Position numbers and translations under genes: made by a program. A stretch of 64,000 bases of DNA from Escherichia coli (GTDB taxonomy: Bacteria > Pseudomonadota > Gammaproteobacteria > Enterobacterales > Enterobacteriaceae), in the NCBI RefSeq assembly GCF_017348835.2, contig NZ_CP072315.1; one strand, given 5' to 3'. Below, piece by piece: positions 29,844 through 40,939 of this stretch (position 1 is its first letter; each line of letters opens with the position of its first letter). The notes under the pieces are model-generated. The model did not search any database, was not told where the DNA came from, and saw only the letters and a list, made by a program, of their open reading frames with translations.

Positions 29844-30142
29844 GCGGACGTGGCGAAATCGGTAGACGCAGCAGACTTTAAAATTGGAGTGCCCGCGGGG
29901 AAATCCGCGGAGTAGAACCGCTCAAAGTCGGGGAACGCTAACGGGCAATACCCTAAGCCAATCCCGAGCCAAGCCCCTTCGGGGGAAGGTGTAGAGACTG
30001 GACGGGCGGCGCCTAAAGCCTTCGGGCAATGGCGAAGGGACAGTCCAGACCACGAACGTCATCAGACGGCGGCGAAAGTCGAGGTGGTACGAAAATCTGC
30101 TTCTCTGTGAGAGTACGGGTTCGAGTCCCGTCGTCCGCACCA
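29844..30142 (+). tRNA. tRNA-Leu (anticodon UAA) gene interrupted by a group I intron in the anticodon loop
   Basis: Exon 1 29844-29878 (GCGGACG acceptor, D-arm GCGAAATCGGTAGACGC, anticodon stem GCAGA, then CUU) and exon 2 30092-30142 (AAAA, TCTGC, long variable arm TTCTCTGTGAGAGT, T-arm ACGGGTTCGAGTCCCGT, CGTCCGC, A, CCA) fold into a canonical type II tRNA. Confidence 0.8.
29879..30091 (+). ncRNA. group I self-splicing intron (Azoarcus/cyanobacterial tRNA-intron type), about 213 nt
   Basis: Follows U34 of the tRNA and ends in G. Contains CGAGCCAAGCCCCTTCGGGG and GGTGTAGAGACTGGACGG, matching conserved core segments of bacterial tRNA group I introns as remembered (...GAGCCAAGC...; GGUGUAGAGACUAGACGG). 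Confidence 0.7.
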
Positions 30143-30235
30143 CAAAGCCAAACATCCCTGCGATGATCGACCTCTGGGCGTTTGGTCGTGAGCCCGCCAC
30201 CCTCGCGCTACGCTTTGCGCAGGCGTCGAAGGCGA

Positions 30236-30778
30236 TCAGGTGCGCCCATCGATTCCGTCGAGCACCATCGCTGCGAGTTCATCGCTGGTGTGTGCACCAC
30301 TATCGAGAACACGGGTTGTGCATGGAAGCCGTTCCCTTGCGGCCAAGCATCGGGCGACATTCGCTAATCGCCACTCTCGAATCTCCGCATTTCGATTCGG
30401 GTCAGGATGCATGGTCTGGTTCGCGATCCGGTGACGCAATAGGTCCTCGTTGAGCGTCAGAAAGATGTGCAGCAGCTGATCGTCGATCCGCCTTACCCCG
30501 TCGAGTATCTCAGTCAGATAGTCCGGGTGCACGAGCGTCATTGGGATGATGATGTCCTGCGAGTAATTCCTTCGAATCTCCCTGACCGCCGCGATCGTAA
30601 GTCCCCTCCACAAGGGGAGATCCTGATAGTCTCCGCTCGCTGGCATGGGGACCGTTTCTTTCACCACGAACCCGATTTCCTCGGGGTCAAAGATCAGCGA
30701 TTTGGAACGCCGATCGCGCAGCCGCTTAGCGAGCGTCGTCTTTCCGGCGCCGAAAGGTCCGTTGATCCAGATTATCAT
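30236..30778 (-). CDS. tmrB: TmrB-like ATP-binding protein (tunicamycin resistance protein homologue)
   Basis: MIIWINGPFGAGKTTLAKRL... with a P-loop; usual neighbour of aac(3)-II. Confidence 0.8.
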   Translation of the reverse strand: MIIWINGPFGAGKTTLAKRLRDRRSKSLIFDPEEIGFVVKETVPMPASGDYQDLPLWRGLTIAAVREIRRNYSQDIIIPMTLVHPDYLTEILDGVRRIDDQLLHIFLTLNEDLLRHRIANQTMHPDPNRNAEIREWRLANVARCLAARERLPCTTRVLDSGAHTSDELAAMVLDGIDGRT

Positions 30779-30790
30779 TGTCGACGGCCT

Positions 30791-31651
30791 CTAACCTGAA
30801 GGCTCGCAAGAGCGCTCGACGGCCTCGTGCGGAGGCACGATCGGAGTGGTTCCGAAATGCTTCTCAAGATAGGTGACGCCGAACGTCACGATGTCCTGCG
30901 CGTCGAACAGGTAGCACTGAGCAAAGCCCACGACACCTTCTCGATGGCGACCGAGCTTCACGTAAGCATTTGCTATAGTTTCAACCGCATCCGGCTTTCC
31001 TTCGATAGCAAAGCAATCGAGAATGCCGTTTGAATCGTAATCCGATGCCGTTTTCCAGGCGACTTCACCGTCTCTTCCAAGCATCGGCATCTCATACGTC
31101 ACCCACCGTTTGTTGGGGATATCGGCAACCGCCTCGGCGTAGTGCAATGCGGTAACGGAGTTTAGCGGCGCACCCAACAGCAGGGCCTTCCCGCCAAGGC
31201 GAACGAACCGCTCGACGGGCGATCCTTCCCCCAAGGCGTGACCGAGTTCGTGAGGCTCCGTCAGCGTTTCAGCCAGCGGACCAACCGCGACCATCGATGC
31301 ATCGGGGTGCGCGCTGCGCCGCGCGCCGGGGGCTTGAACCAGAAATTGATTCAGCAGGCCGAACCCACGGTAAGTCCCGGCTGTTGCGGGATCGAACGGC
31401 AGCCAGGTACGGCGGGCTTCGTCATCCAGCCGAGCGCCATTCAGAGTCTCCTCGTAGGGTGATCGGTCCCACGACGCGTATCCCATCACAGTGCCAGTCG
31501 GCCCAACCGCGGAGCGTAACGCGGCAACGACCGTCTCCGCTCCTCCTTCGACCGGACCAATCGCTTTAAGTGAGGCATGCACCATCAAGAGGTCACCGGT
31601 TTGGACTCCGAGTTTTTGAAGCGCCTCCGTTATTGCCTTCCGCGTATGCAT
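30791..31651 (-). CDS. aac(3)-II: aminoglycoside 3-N-acetyltransferase AAC(3)-II (IIa/IId-like)
   Basis: MHTRKAITEALQKLGVQTGDLLMVHASLKAIGPVEGGAETVVAALRSAVGPTGTVMGYASW..., 286 aa; sub-allele not resolved. Confidence 0.9.
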   Translation of the reverse strand: MHTRKAITEALQKLGVQTGDLLMVHASLKAIGPVEGGAETVVAALRSAVGPTGTVMGYASWDRSPYEETLNGARLDDEARRTWLPFDPATAGTYRGFGLLNQFLVQAPGARRSAHPDASMVAVGPLAETLTEPHELGHALGEGSPVERFVRLGGKALLLGAPLNSVTALHYAEAVADIPNKRWVTYEMPMLGRDGEVAWKTASDYDSNGILDCFAIEGKPDAVETIANAYVKLGRHREGVVGFAQCYLFDAQDIVTFGVTYLEKHFGTTPIVPPHEAVERSCEPSG

Positions 31652-31686
31652 CGCGATATCTCCTCTAAACTGCAAAACACTATACG

Positions 31687-32695
31687 CTGATGAATCCCCT
31701 AATGATTTTGGTAAAAATCATTAAGTTAAGGTGGATACACATCTTGTCATATGATCAAATGGTTTCGCGAAAAATCAATAATCAGACAACAAGATGTGCG
31801 AACTCGATATTTTACACGACTCTCTTTACCAATTCTGCCCCGAATTACACTTAAAACGACTCAACAGCTTAACGTTGGCTTGCCACGCATTACTTGACTG
31901 TAAAACTCTCACTCTTACCGAACTTGGCCGTAACCTGCCAACCAAAGCGAGAACAAAACATAACATCAAACGAATCGACCGATTGTTAGGTAATCGTCAC
32001 CTCCACAAAGAGCGACTCGCTGTATACCGTTGGCATGCTAGCTTTATCTGTTCGGGCAATACGATGCCCATTGTACTTGTTGACTGGTCTGATATCCGTG
32101 AGCAAAAACGGCTTATGGTATTGCGAGCTTCAGTCGCACTACACGGTCGTTCTGTTACTCTTTATGAGAAAGCGTTCCCGCTTTCAGAGCAATGTTCAAA
32201 GAAAGCTCATGACCAATTTCTAGCCGACCTTGCGAGCATTCTACCGAGTAACACCACACCGCTCATTGTCAGTGATGCTGGCTTTAAAGTGCCATGGTAT
32301 AAATCCGTTGAGAAGCTGGGTTGGTACTGGTTAAGTCGAGTAAGAGGAAAAGTACAATATGCAGACCTAGGAGCGGAAAACTGGAAACCTATCAGCAACT
32401 TACATGATATGTCATCTAGTCACTCAAAGACTTTAGGCTATAAGAGGCTGACTAAAAGCAATCCAATCTCATGCCAAATTCTATTGTATAAATCTCGCTC
32501 TAAAGGCCGAAAAAATCAGCGCTCGACACGGACTCATTGTCACCACCCGTCACCTAAAATCTACTCAGCGTCGGCAAAGGAGCCATGGGTTCTAGCAACT
32601 AACTTACCTGTTGAAATTCGAACACCCAAACAACTTGTTAATATCTATTCGAAGCGAATGCAGATTGAAGAAACCTTCCGAGACTTGAAAAGTCC
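31687..32695 (+). mobile_element. IS10-like (IS4 family) element, 3'-truncated by IS26
   Basis: Outer end CTGATGAATCCCCTAATGATTTTGGTAAAAATCATTAAG, then transposase MCELDILHDSLYQFCPELHLKRLNSLTLACHALLDCKTLTLTELGRNLP... cut after ...FRDLKSPA at the IS26 boundary. Confidence 0.85.
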
Positions 32696-33515
32696 GGCAC
32701 TGTTGCAAAGTTAGCGATGAGGCAGCCTTTTGTCTTATTCAAAGGCCTTACATTTCAAAAACTCTGCTTACCAGGCGCATTTCGCCCAGGGGATCACCAT
32801 AATAAAATGCTGAGGCCTGGCCTTTGCGTAGTGCACGCATCACCTCAATACCTTTGATGGTGGCGTAAGCCGTCTTCATGGATTTAAATCCCAGCGTGGC
32901 GTTGATTATCCGTTTCAGTTTGCCATGATCGCATTCAATCACGTTGTTCCGGTACTTAATCTGTCGGTGTTCAACGTCAGACGGGCACCGGCCTTCGCGT
33001 TTGAGCAGAGCAAGCGCGCGACCATAGGCGGGCGCTTTATCCGTGTTGATGAATCGTGGGATCTGCCACTTCTTCACGTTGTTGAGGATTTTACCCAGAA
33101 ACCGGTATGCAGCTTTGCTGTTACGACGGGAGGAGAGATAAAAATCGACAGTGCGGCCCCGGCTGTCGACGGCCCGGTACAGATACGCCCAGCGGCCATT
33201 GACCTTCACGTAGGTTTCATCCATGTGCCACGGGCAAAGATCGGAAGGGTTACGCCAGTACCAGCGCAGCCGTTTTTCCATTTCAGGCGCATAACGCTGA
33301 ACCCAGCGGTAAATCGTGGAGTGATCGACATTCACTCCGCGTTCAGCCAGCATCTCCTGCAGCTCACGGTAACTGATGCCGTATTTGCAGTACCAGCGTA
33401 CGGCCCACAGAATGATGTCACGCTGAAAATGCCGGCCTTTGAATGGGTTCATGTGCAGCTCCATCAGCAAAAGGGGATGATAAGTTTATCACCACCGACT
33501 ATTTGCAACAGTGCC
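32696..33515 (-). mobile_element. tnp26: IS26 copy 5, Tnp26 G184N variant
   Basis: 820 bp with both inverted repeats; tnp26 about 32748-33452 on the minus strand; reads KRIINATLGF. Confidence 0.95.
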
Positions 33516-34880
33516 GAGATTTTATTGCTTCCTGCGGGTCTGTCGGGTGCCCCAAAGAACGATAAACCTTAATCCGGTTTGCCTGCCAGTCAGCACCCTG
33601 TAGTAATCTTGCACGAGGATCTCCCCACCGGTTACTGCCGGTAACGTAGACATCCCTCCGCCTCAGACTATCCTGCAGTTTACTGAGAAAGCAGAGCGTG
33701 TATCCCCTGCGGGTGATATGTTTTTCCTTGTTAATCACCAGCCGTTTCCATGACCGACTGATAATTTCCGTTGGTGCGTCGTCAAAAAACTGCCGCCGTG
33801 AGCTGAACTCCCGGCTGAGGTAGTCACAGGCATTCAGAGTGGTAACCCCGGCAGGTGCGGATGAAAATTTAACGGTATTCAGCAGATGGGGCAGGAAACG
33901 ACGAACGCGCCCGTACTGCTCCACCATTTCTTCATGAAAATTATCGTCTGAGGGCCGGGCAATTTCACGGACAAGCGTGATGATTTCAGCCAGCTTTTGC
34001 CTTGGGATGTAGCTGAACACCTCAGCACGAATCGATTCGTCCGGTGTTTCTTCTTTCAGCAGGTACGAACATGCGCTGGCGAGCGCCAATGCAGATTTAT
34101 CCAGATCCTTCAGCGAGCGGAGCCGTTTTTTCTGCCCAATCTTTCTGGCGTCACGGATGATAACGGCCAGCATGGCGTCCAGAACGTCCAATGCATCATC
34201 CAGCGCCAGCGTTTCCCATGCAAGGACAAAGGCAACCAGAACCGCCATCCTTTTCTGCGGTGACATCCTGGCAATATTGAACACCGAAGTCATACCAGCA
34301 TAACGTGCGAGATTTTTCAGGCGCACAGCCGGGAGTGTACTCAGGTTTTCAGCATGCAGGCCAAAATCGTTCAGAGTTTTCCAGCGTTCAATTGCTTCAT
34401 TAAACGCCGGACCACTGATGGTCACAGGGCCCTTTTTCAGTGATTCCAGTAAAGACAGGCGGCTGCAATCAGTTGGCCCCAGCAGCATCTCCAGCTGTGA
34501 ACGCTGTTCGGCTGACGGTATCAGTGCCAGTTTGTTCCACAGGCGCAACGTCGCCTTTTCCCTTACCTCTGAAATCAACCGGGTCAGCGTAGTGGCTCCG
34601 GGGAGAATAATACGATGTTGCATAAGCCACCCTGTCGCCAGATCGAAAAGCAGGCCAGGACGTTCGTTGCTTATCCAGCTCCGGGTATATAAAAGACGGG
34701 TAAGGCGAAATGTCCAGGGCCAGGCAAATTCACGATACTGATAGTGCTGACGTATCAGCGCTGCATGCTCACGGCGGGTATTTTCCCTCTGACCGTATTC
34801 TGCAAGAACGGTGATATCACGAATCCCGAGCTGTCTGGCGGTAAAATGCCGGACGCCGGAAGGAATATGACCTGGGACCT
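33516..34880 (-). pseudogene. tnpA: internal fragment of a Tn2/Tn3 transposase gene tnpA
   Basis: Frame ...HIPSGVRHFTARQLGIRDITVLAEYGQRENTRREHAALIRQHYQY...MQHRIILPGATTLTRLISEVREKATLRLWNKL... corresponds to roughly residues 70-500 of Tn3-type TnpA; truncated by IS26 at one end. Confidence 0.85.
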
Positions 34881-34882
34881 AC

Positions 34883-35215
34883 GTGCGCCCGCACCGACAC
34901 CCTCACACCTTCGAGCTACTGTTGCCATTAAGGGGTCGTTTCGTGGTGCTGAATTTTGACGATCGGGGTACCGTCACCCATCGGGCGATATTGGGGGAAA
35001 CCTGTACGGTGCTGGAGATGGCCGCAGGAACCTGGCATGCCGTGCTGTCGCTGGATACCGGTGGCATAATTTTTGAAGTAAAACACGGTGGCTATCAACC
35101 CGTGGCTGCCGATGACTATGCGCACTGGGCTCCAGCGGAAGGAGAACCAGGAACCACGGAGCTTATGGCCTGGTATGCGCAAGCGCAGGTGGGCGACAGC
35201 ACTTTTGCCGTCTAA
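34883..35215 (+). CDS. truncated orf477/WbuC-like cupin protein usually found downstream of blaCTX-M group 1 genes
   Basis: 110-aa ORF convergent with blaCTX-M, in the position where the orf477 remnant normally lies. Confidence 0.65.
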   Translation: MRPHRHPHTFELLLPLRGRFVVLNFDDRGTVTHRAILGETCTVLEMAAGTWHAVLSLDTGGIIFEVKHGGYQPVAADDYAHWAPAEGEPGTTELMAWYAQAQVGDSTFAV

Positions 35216-35261
35216 GGCGATAAACAAAAACGGAATGAGTTTCCCCATTCCGTTTCCGCTA

Positions 35262-36682
<1,421 letters not shown>

Positions 36683-37502
36683 GGCACTGTTGCAAAGTTA
36701 GCGATGAGGCAGCCTTTTGTCTTATTCAAAGGCCTTACATTTCAAAAACTCTGCTTACCAGGCGCATTTCGCCCAGGGGATCACCATAATAAAATGCTGA
36801 GGCCTGGCCTTTGCGTAGTGCACGCATCACCTCAATACCTTTGATGGTGGCGTAAGCCGTCTTCATGGATTTAAATCCCAGCGTGGCGTTGATTATCCGT
36901 TTCAGTTTGCCATGATCGCATTCAATCACGTTGTTCCGGTACTTAATCTGTCGGTGTTCAACGTCAGACGGGCACCGGCCTTCGCGTTTGAGCAGAGCAA
37001 GCGCGCGACCATAGGCGGGCGCTTTATCCGTGTTGATGAATCGTGGGATCTGCCACTTCTTCACGTTGTTGAGGATTTTACCCAGAAACCGGTATGCAGC
37101 TTTGCTGTTACGACGGGAGGAGAGATAAAAATCGACAGTGCGGCCCCGGCTGTCGACGGCCCGGTACAGATACGCCCAGCGGCCATTGACCTTCACGTAG
37201 GTTTCATCCATGTGCCACGGGCAAAGATCGGAAGGGTTACGCCAGTACCAGCGCAGCCGTTTTTCCATTTCAGGCGCATAACGCTGAACCCAGCGGTAAA
37301 TCGTGGAGTGATCGACATTCACTCCGCGTTCAGCCAGCATCTCCTGCAGCTCACGGTAACTGATGCCGTATTTGCAGTACCAGCGTACGGCCCACAGAAT
37401 GATGTCACGCTGAAAATGCCGGCCTTTGAATGGGTTCATGTGCAGCTCCATCAGCAAAAGGGGATGATAAGTTTATCACCACCGACTATTTGCAACAGTG
37501 CC
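36683..37502 (-). mobile_element. tnp26: IS26 copy 6, Tnp26 G184N variant; right-hand boundary of the resistance mosaic
   Basis: 820 bp with both inverted repeats; tnp26 about 36735-37439 on the minus strand; reads KRIINATLGF. Confidence 0.95.
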
Positions 37503-37646
37503 ACGCAAAGACGTAATGAGCAGTGTATCCCCTGCCACAATACCCTCTTCAGGGATGCTGTCAGTGGACGTCCAGTACTGACCCGCCAGCAAAGAATGAA
37601 ATCGCTCTAAACGGTCAATGCTATTTTTGCTGACCAGGTCACCCAT
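37503..37646 (-). pseudogene. 5' end (48 codons) of an unknown backbone gene, truncated by IS26
   Basis: ATG at 37646 preceded by AAGGA; frame MGDLVSKNSIDRLERFHSLLAGQYWTSTDSIPEEGIVAGDTLLITSLR runs into the IS26 repeat. Confidence 0.4.
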
Positions 37647-37844
37647 ATACTTTTCCTTCCAGATTCGTGTGTTAGGTGAATCATACCAGATTGCCCTTGC
37701 CGTCTAATAACGCAGAAAACTGTGAATCCAAAATTCCTTAAATTCAAACCTGTCCAATATAAAAGATGGCTCTTTTTCTTATCCAGTGTTAAGCGATAAT
37801 GCTCAATTTTATTTCATTATTGTCAGAATCAAAATAATCTGAAA

Positions 37845-37872
37845 ATAAAAAAGGCTTCAGAATTGAAGCCTC
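37845..37872 (-). terminator. candidate rho-independent terminator
   Basis: Hairpin AGGCTTCA-GAAT-TGAAGCCT followed on the minus strand by a T-run, just 3' of the 37897-38253 gene. Confidence 0.4.
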
Positions 37873-37896
37873 TATATTATACAACGTGAATGTATT

Positions 37897-38253
37897 TTAT
37901 TTATCTTTCACCGGGTTCATTTCCCAGTATCTTTCACGTACGTTTTCTTGGCAATGGTCCGCTCGCTCCGGCGTGTCCCTTTTACGAGTAGCAAATGCTT
38001 CAATTACGGCATTCAAGTCTTTTTCTTTGATTTTAGATCCAACAGGCAAGTTTTCTTCAAACTCAGTCCTTACCAGTTCTTTCGTTTTTTTATAATCGGT
38101 TTCACTTTGGATTTCAGGTTTTAAACAAATATCGGCAACCATCACATCTGATTTGCCCGGGATCGGTTTTTTCCCGTTTTCAGATGCAAGGACCGCAGAG
38201 GAGGTAAAGGCGACAGACAGAGTTGCACATAACAGAAGGTATTTTAATTTCAT
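37897..38253 (-). CDS. small secreted protein of unknown function (N-terminal signal peptide)
   Basis: 118-aa ORF with N-terminus MKLKYLLLCATLSVAFTSSAVLA. Confidence 0.5.
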   Translation of the reverse strand: MKLKYLLLCATLSVAFTSSAVLASENGKKPIPGKSDVMVADICLKPEIQSETDYKKTKELVRTEFEENLPVGSKIKEKDLNAVIEAFATRKRDTPERADHCQENVRERYWEMNPVKDK

Positions 38254-38402
38254 GACTCACTCCATGATTATCAATGATGGTTGCTCAGACACATCATTTA
38301 TACCATGCCTGTCACCGAATACGAGATCCCCATATTTTGGCTTTAAATATTATCCAATAGGGTTTCATACACCTGGCTTCTGAAAGCAAGGTTCAAGGAG
38401 CT

Positions 38403-39020
38403 TCAGGGGGAAATCAGATTGTTGTCGACCCAGTACTTGTGCAAACCTACCACCCAATTCCTGGAAATGGACGAAAGTTCATGCGCCAGTTCACGACAGC
38501 ATTCAGGCGTAAAAATACGTATGGGTCCTGAAGTACCGATATCAACAGACATGATAAACTCCAGAATGTTGCCATGGCATAGGTTGTTTCTCAGCCTGAC
38601 AATTTCTGCTTCAGGTGTTCTCCCGGCTGCTACCTTAACCAACATATCCTGCTCGGCTGGAAATGAAAGTAATTCTACCGGCACCCCTTCCTGCTTGGCC
38701 TTTCTCAGTAAGGCATTACTCATTACGGAGATACCCTCCAAGTCCACCAGCTCAGGAGCTGCATGCTGATCGTTAACTGTTGGTTTCAGCATCAGCGACT
38801 TCAACGTAACCATGAGTGATGTTTCAATCCCGTTCAGGAAGCTCGTACAGGCCGGTATCCATAGTTCGTGATGCAACGCCTCGGTTGCTTGTTTAAAGAA
38901 CCAGTCAATCACGGGGACAGTGTGATAATCATAATAGTGATTTATCTCGCTGAATCTTGACATATAAGCATCGTACTCAGCCTGGTCTTCAGGAGATAAA
39001 AAATTTGGTGGGAGGGGCAT
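38403..39020 (-). CDS. hypothetical protein
   Basis: 205-aa ORF; no recognisable motif. Confidence 0.45.
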   Translation of the reverse strand: MPLPPNFLSPEDQAEYDAYMSRFSEINHYYDYHTVPVIDWFFKQATEALHHELWIPACTSFLNGIETSLMVTLKSLMLKPTVNDQHAAPELVDLEGISVMSNALLRKAKQEGVPVELLSFPAEQDMLVKVAAGRTPEAEIVRLRNNLCHGNILEFIMSVDIGTSGPIRIFTPECCRELAHELSSISRNWVVGLHKYWVDNNLISP

Positions 39021-39174
39021 CAGAATCCTTTCATCCTAGCTTGTATACCTTCTTCGTAGGCCAGCTCGCCATTATCGGTAAAAGATGGTTTTTGGTGTTT
39101 GTGACAAAGCTTAATTTTTCGTCAGGCTCGATAGCGTTACCGGAGAGATTTGATCTTTTCTCTGTAACTCGCAA

Positions 39175-39194
39175 TACTGTTTATACATACAGTA
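39175..39194 (+). promoter_or_regulatory. LexA (SOS) box upstream of the umuD-like gene
   Basis: TACTGTTTATACATACAGTA fits the CTGT-n8-ACAG SOS-box pattern, 20 bp before the ATG at 39214. Confidence 0.7.
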
Positions 39195-39213
39195 TGAGAA
39201 TTCGAGTGTAGCT

Positions 39214-39648
39214 ATGTCTGTTATCCTTGAGCACATTAGCAACAAGCCTTACGAAATGGCACCTTTTTTCAGTGATTTACTGAGCTGTGGAGTGATGAGT
39301 CCGTGCGCCGGGCATGAAGATAATGAATTAAATTTGCATGAATATGTAGTCCGTAACCGCCCCTCAACCTTCTTTGTCAGGGCGGCGGGCCTCAGTATGA
39401 TCAATGCCGGTATCAATGATGGCGCTATTCTGGTTGTGGATCGGTCTTTAACGGCACGACACGGCTCTATCGTCGTTGCGCTGGTGGATGGAGAGTTCAC
39501 GGTAAAGATCTTACACACGTATCCTGAGCTGCTTTTGATGCCTTCTAATCCAGCCTATAAGCCGATACGTGTAAATCCCGAATCCCTTGAGATATGGGGC
39601 GTCGTCACCTTTGCACTGAATCAGTTTAGCCATGTACATGCACGTTGA
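39214..39648 (+). CDS. umuD: UmuD/MucA-like translesion-synthesis accessory protein (LexA-like S24 peptidase fold)
   Basis: 144-aa ORF immediately upstream of, and overlapping, a UmuC-like gene; preceded by an SOS box. Confidence 0.75.
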   Translation: MSVILEHISNKPYEMAPFFSDLLSCGVMSPCAGHEDNELNLHEYVVRNRPSTFFVRAAGLSMINAGINDGAILVVDRSLTARHGSIVVALVDGEFTVKILHTYPELLLMPSNPAYKPIRVNPESLEIWGVVTFALNQFSHVHAR

Positions 39649-40891
39649 TATTAACGGGGCCTATGCGGCATTTGAGTGTGCGATGGATCCCAAGCTGGCA
39701 AAAAAGCCGCTCATCATAGCCAGCAATAACGATTCGTCCGTCATTGCAATGAATAAACTGGCTAAAAGCGTTGGTATTAAGCGTGGGACCCCAATTTTTA
39801 AGTGCAGGGATTTGATTCAGCAACACCAGATCGAAGTCCGGAGCTCTAACTTTACTTTGTATGAAGACTACTCAAATCGCTTCCATGAAACGCTGGAAAG
39901 CTTCGCGCCTCAATCGAGTCGATATAGCATAGATGAAAATTTCATGTTATTGAAAAACATGAACAAGATAATAGATTATGAAGATTACGGCCGGTTGATC
40001 AGAAGTACACTTCTTCATAATCTGTCCCTTACCTGTGGTGTGGGGTGTTCAAGCACCAAAACCCTGGCTAAATTATGCACCTATGCGAGCAAACGATGGG
40101 CAGCTACAGGCGGGGTTGTAGTTTTGACTGATCAGGCCAGGATCAGGAAGCTCCTGGGCCTTATCAGTACCAGAGAAATATGGGGTATTGGTCAAAAGAT
40201 CAGTGAACGCCTGTCGGCTTTCGGGATCATCACTGCCGGTGATTTTTATAATAGCGACGTTCGCTTTTTACGTAAAAGCTTTGGCGTTGAAATCGAGCGT
40301 ACCTGGCGGGAACTGCATGGCGAACCATGTTTCCGGCTGCATGAATCCCCTCCTGTCCGGCAACAGATTATCGTTTCCAGAAGTTTTGGTCAGCGCCTTA
40401 ATGAGATAGGCAAGCTACATGAGGCAGTTTCATTTTTTACCGCCCGGGCGGCAGAGCAGCTGCGCAAGGATGGCTCGTGGACCCGTCAAATCACAGTCTT
40501 CATTCAGAGCAGCAATTATGCGCAAGGTGAAAACCGCTACAGCAATTGTGGTATCGAGCCGCTTACCGCTACACAGGACACCCGCGATCTGGTTGATGCA
40601 GCCATGACCATCCTGAACCGCATTTACAAACCCGGGATAGCGTATGCGAAAGCTGGGGTAATGCTCTCCGCTATGACTGACGGCACAGAGCAACTCAGCC
40701 TGTTTGATGAGCGCCCGGCCAGGCCTGGCAGTCAGGCACTGATGAAAGTTATGGACCGGTTCAATAAAGAAAAGCGCGGAGCTCTGTTTTTGCTGGGGGA
40801 AGGCATTCAACAGGATTTTCGTATGAAACAGGCCATGCTATCACCGAGATATACGACCCGCTGGGATGAATTACTCGTTGTAAAAGCGTAG
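39632..40891 (+). CDS. umuC: UmuC/MucB-like Y-family error-prone DNA polymerase
   Basis: 419-aa ORF; N-terminus MHVDINGAYAAFECAMDPKLAKKPLIIASNNDSSVIAMNKLAK parallels the UmuC start MFALCDVNAFYASCE...VVVLSNNDGCVIA. Confidence 0.8.
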   Translation: MYMHVDINGAYAAFECAMDPKLAKKPLIIASNNDSSVIAMNKLAKSVGIKRGTPIFKCRDLIQQHQIEVRSSNFTLYEDYSNRFHETLESFAPQSSRYSIDENFMLLKNMNKIIDYEDYGRLIRSTLLHNLSLTCGVGCSSTKTLAKLCTYASKRWAATGGVVVLTDQARIRKLLGLISTREIWGIGQKISERLSAFGIITAGDFYNSDVRFLRKSFGVEIERTWRELHGEPCFRLHESPPVRQQIIVSRSFGQRLNEIGKLHEAVSFFTARAAEQLRKDGSWTRQITVFIQSSNYAQGENRYSNCGIEPLTATQDTRDLVDAAMTILNRIYKPGIAYAKAGVMLSAMTDGTEQLSLFDERPARPGSQALMKVMDRFNKEKRGALFLLGEGIQQDFRMKQAMLSPRYTTRWDELLVVKA

Positions 40892-40926
40892 CGGCCATGA
40901 CCGGCATGGCCGTACTCATCAAAAGT

Positions 40927-40939
40927 GAAAGTAACTTTA
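40927..40939. repeat. 13-bp palindrome family AAAAGT-N-ACTTTT, copy with one mismatch
   Basis: gaaagtaacttta read directly, between convergent genes. Confidence 0.6.

Noticed and set aside
29844-30142. Possible tmRNA (ssrA) because of the tRNA-like 3' end with CCA
   Set aside because: The 5' end has a full D-arm and anticodon stem, and the two halves assemble into a complete tRNA-Leu; no tmRNA tag-encoding region is present.
34418-34741. 107-aa plus-strand ORF
   Set aside because: Antisense to the Tn2/Tn3 tnpA fragment.
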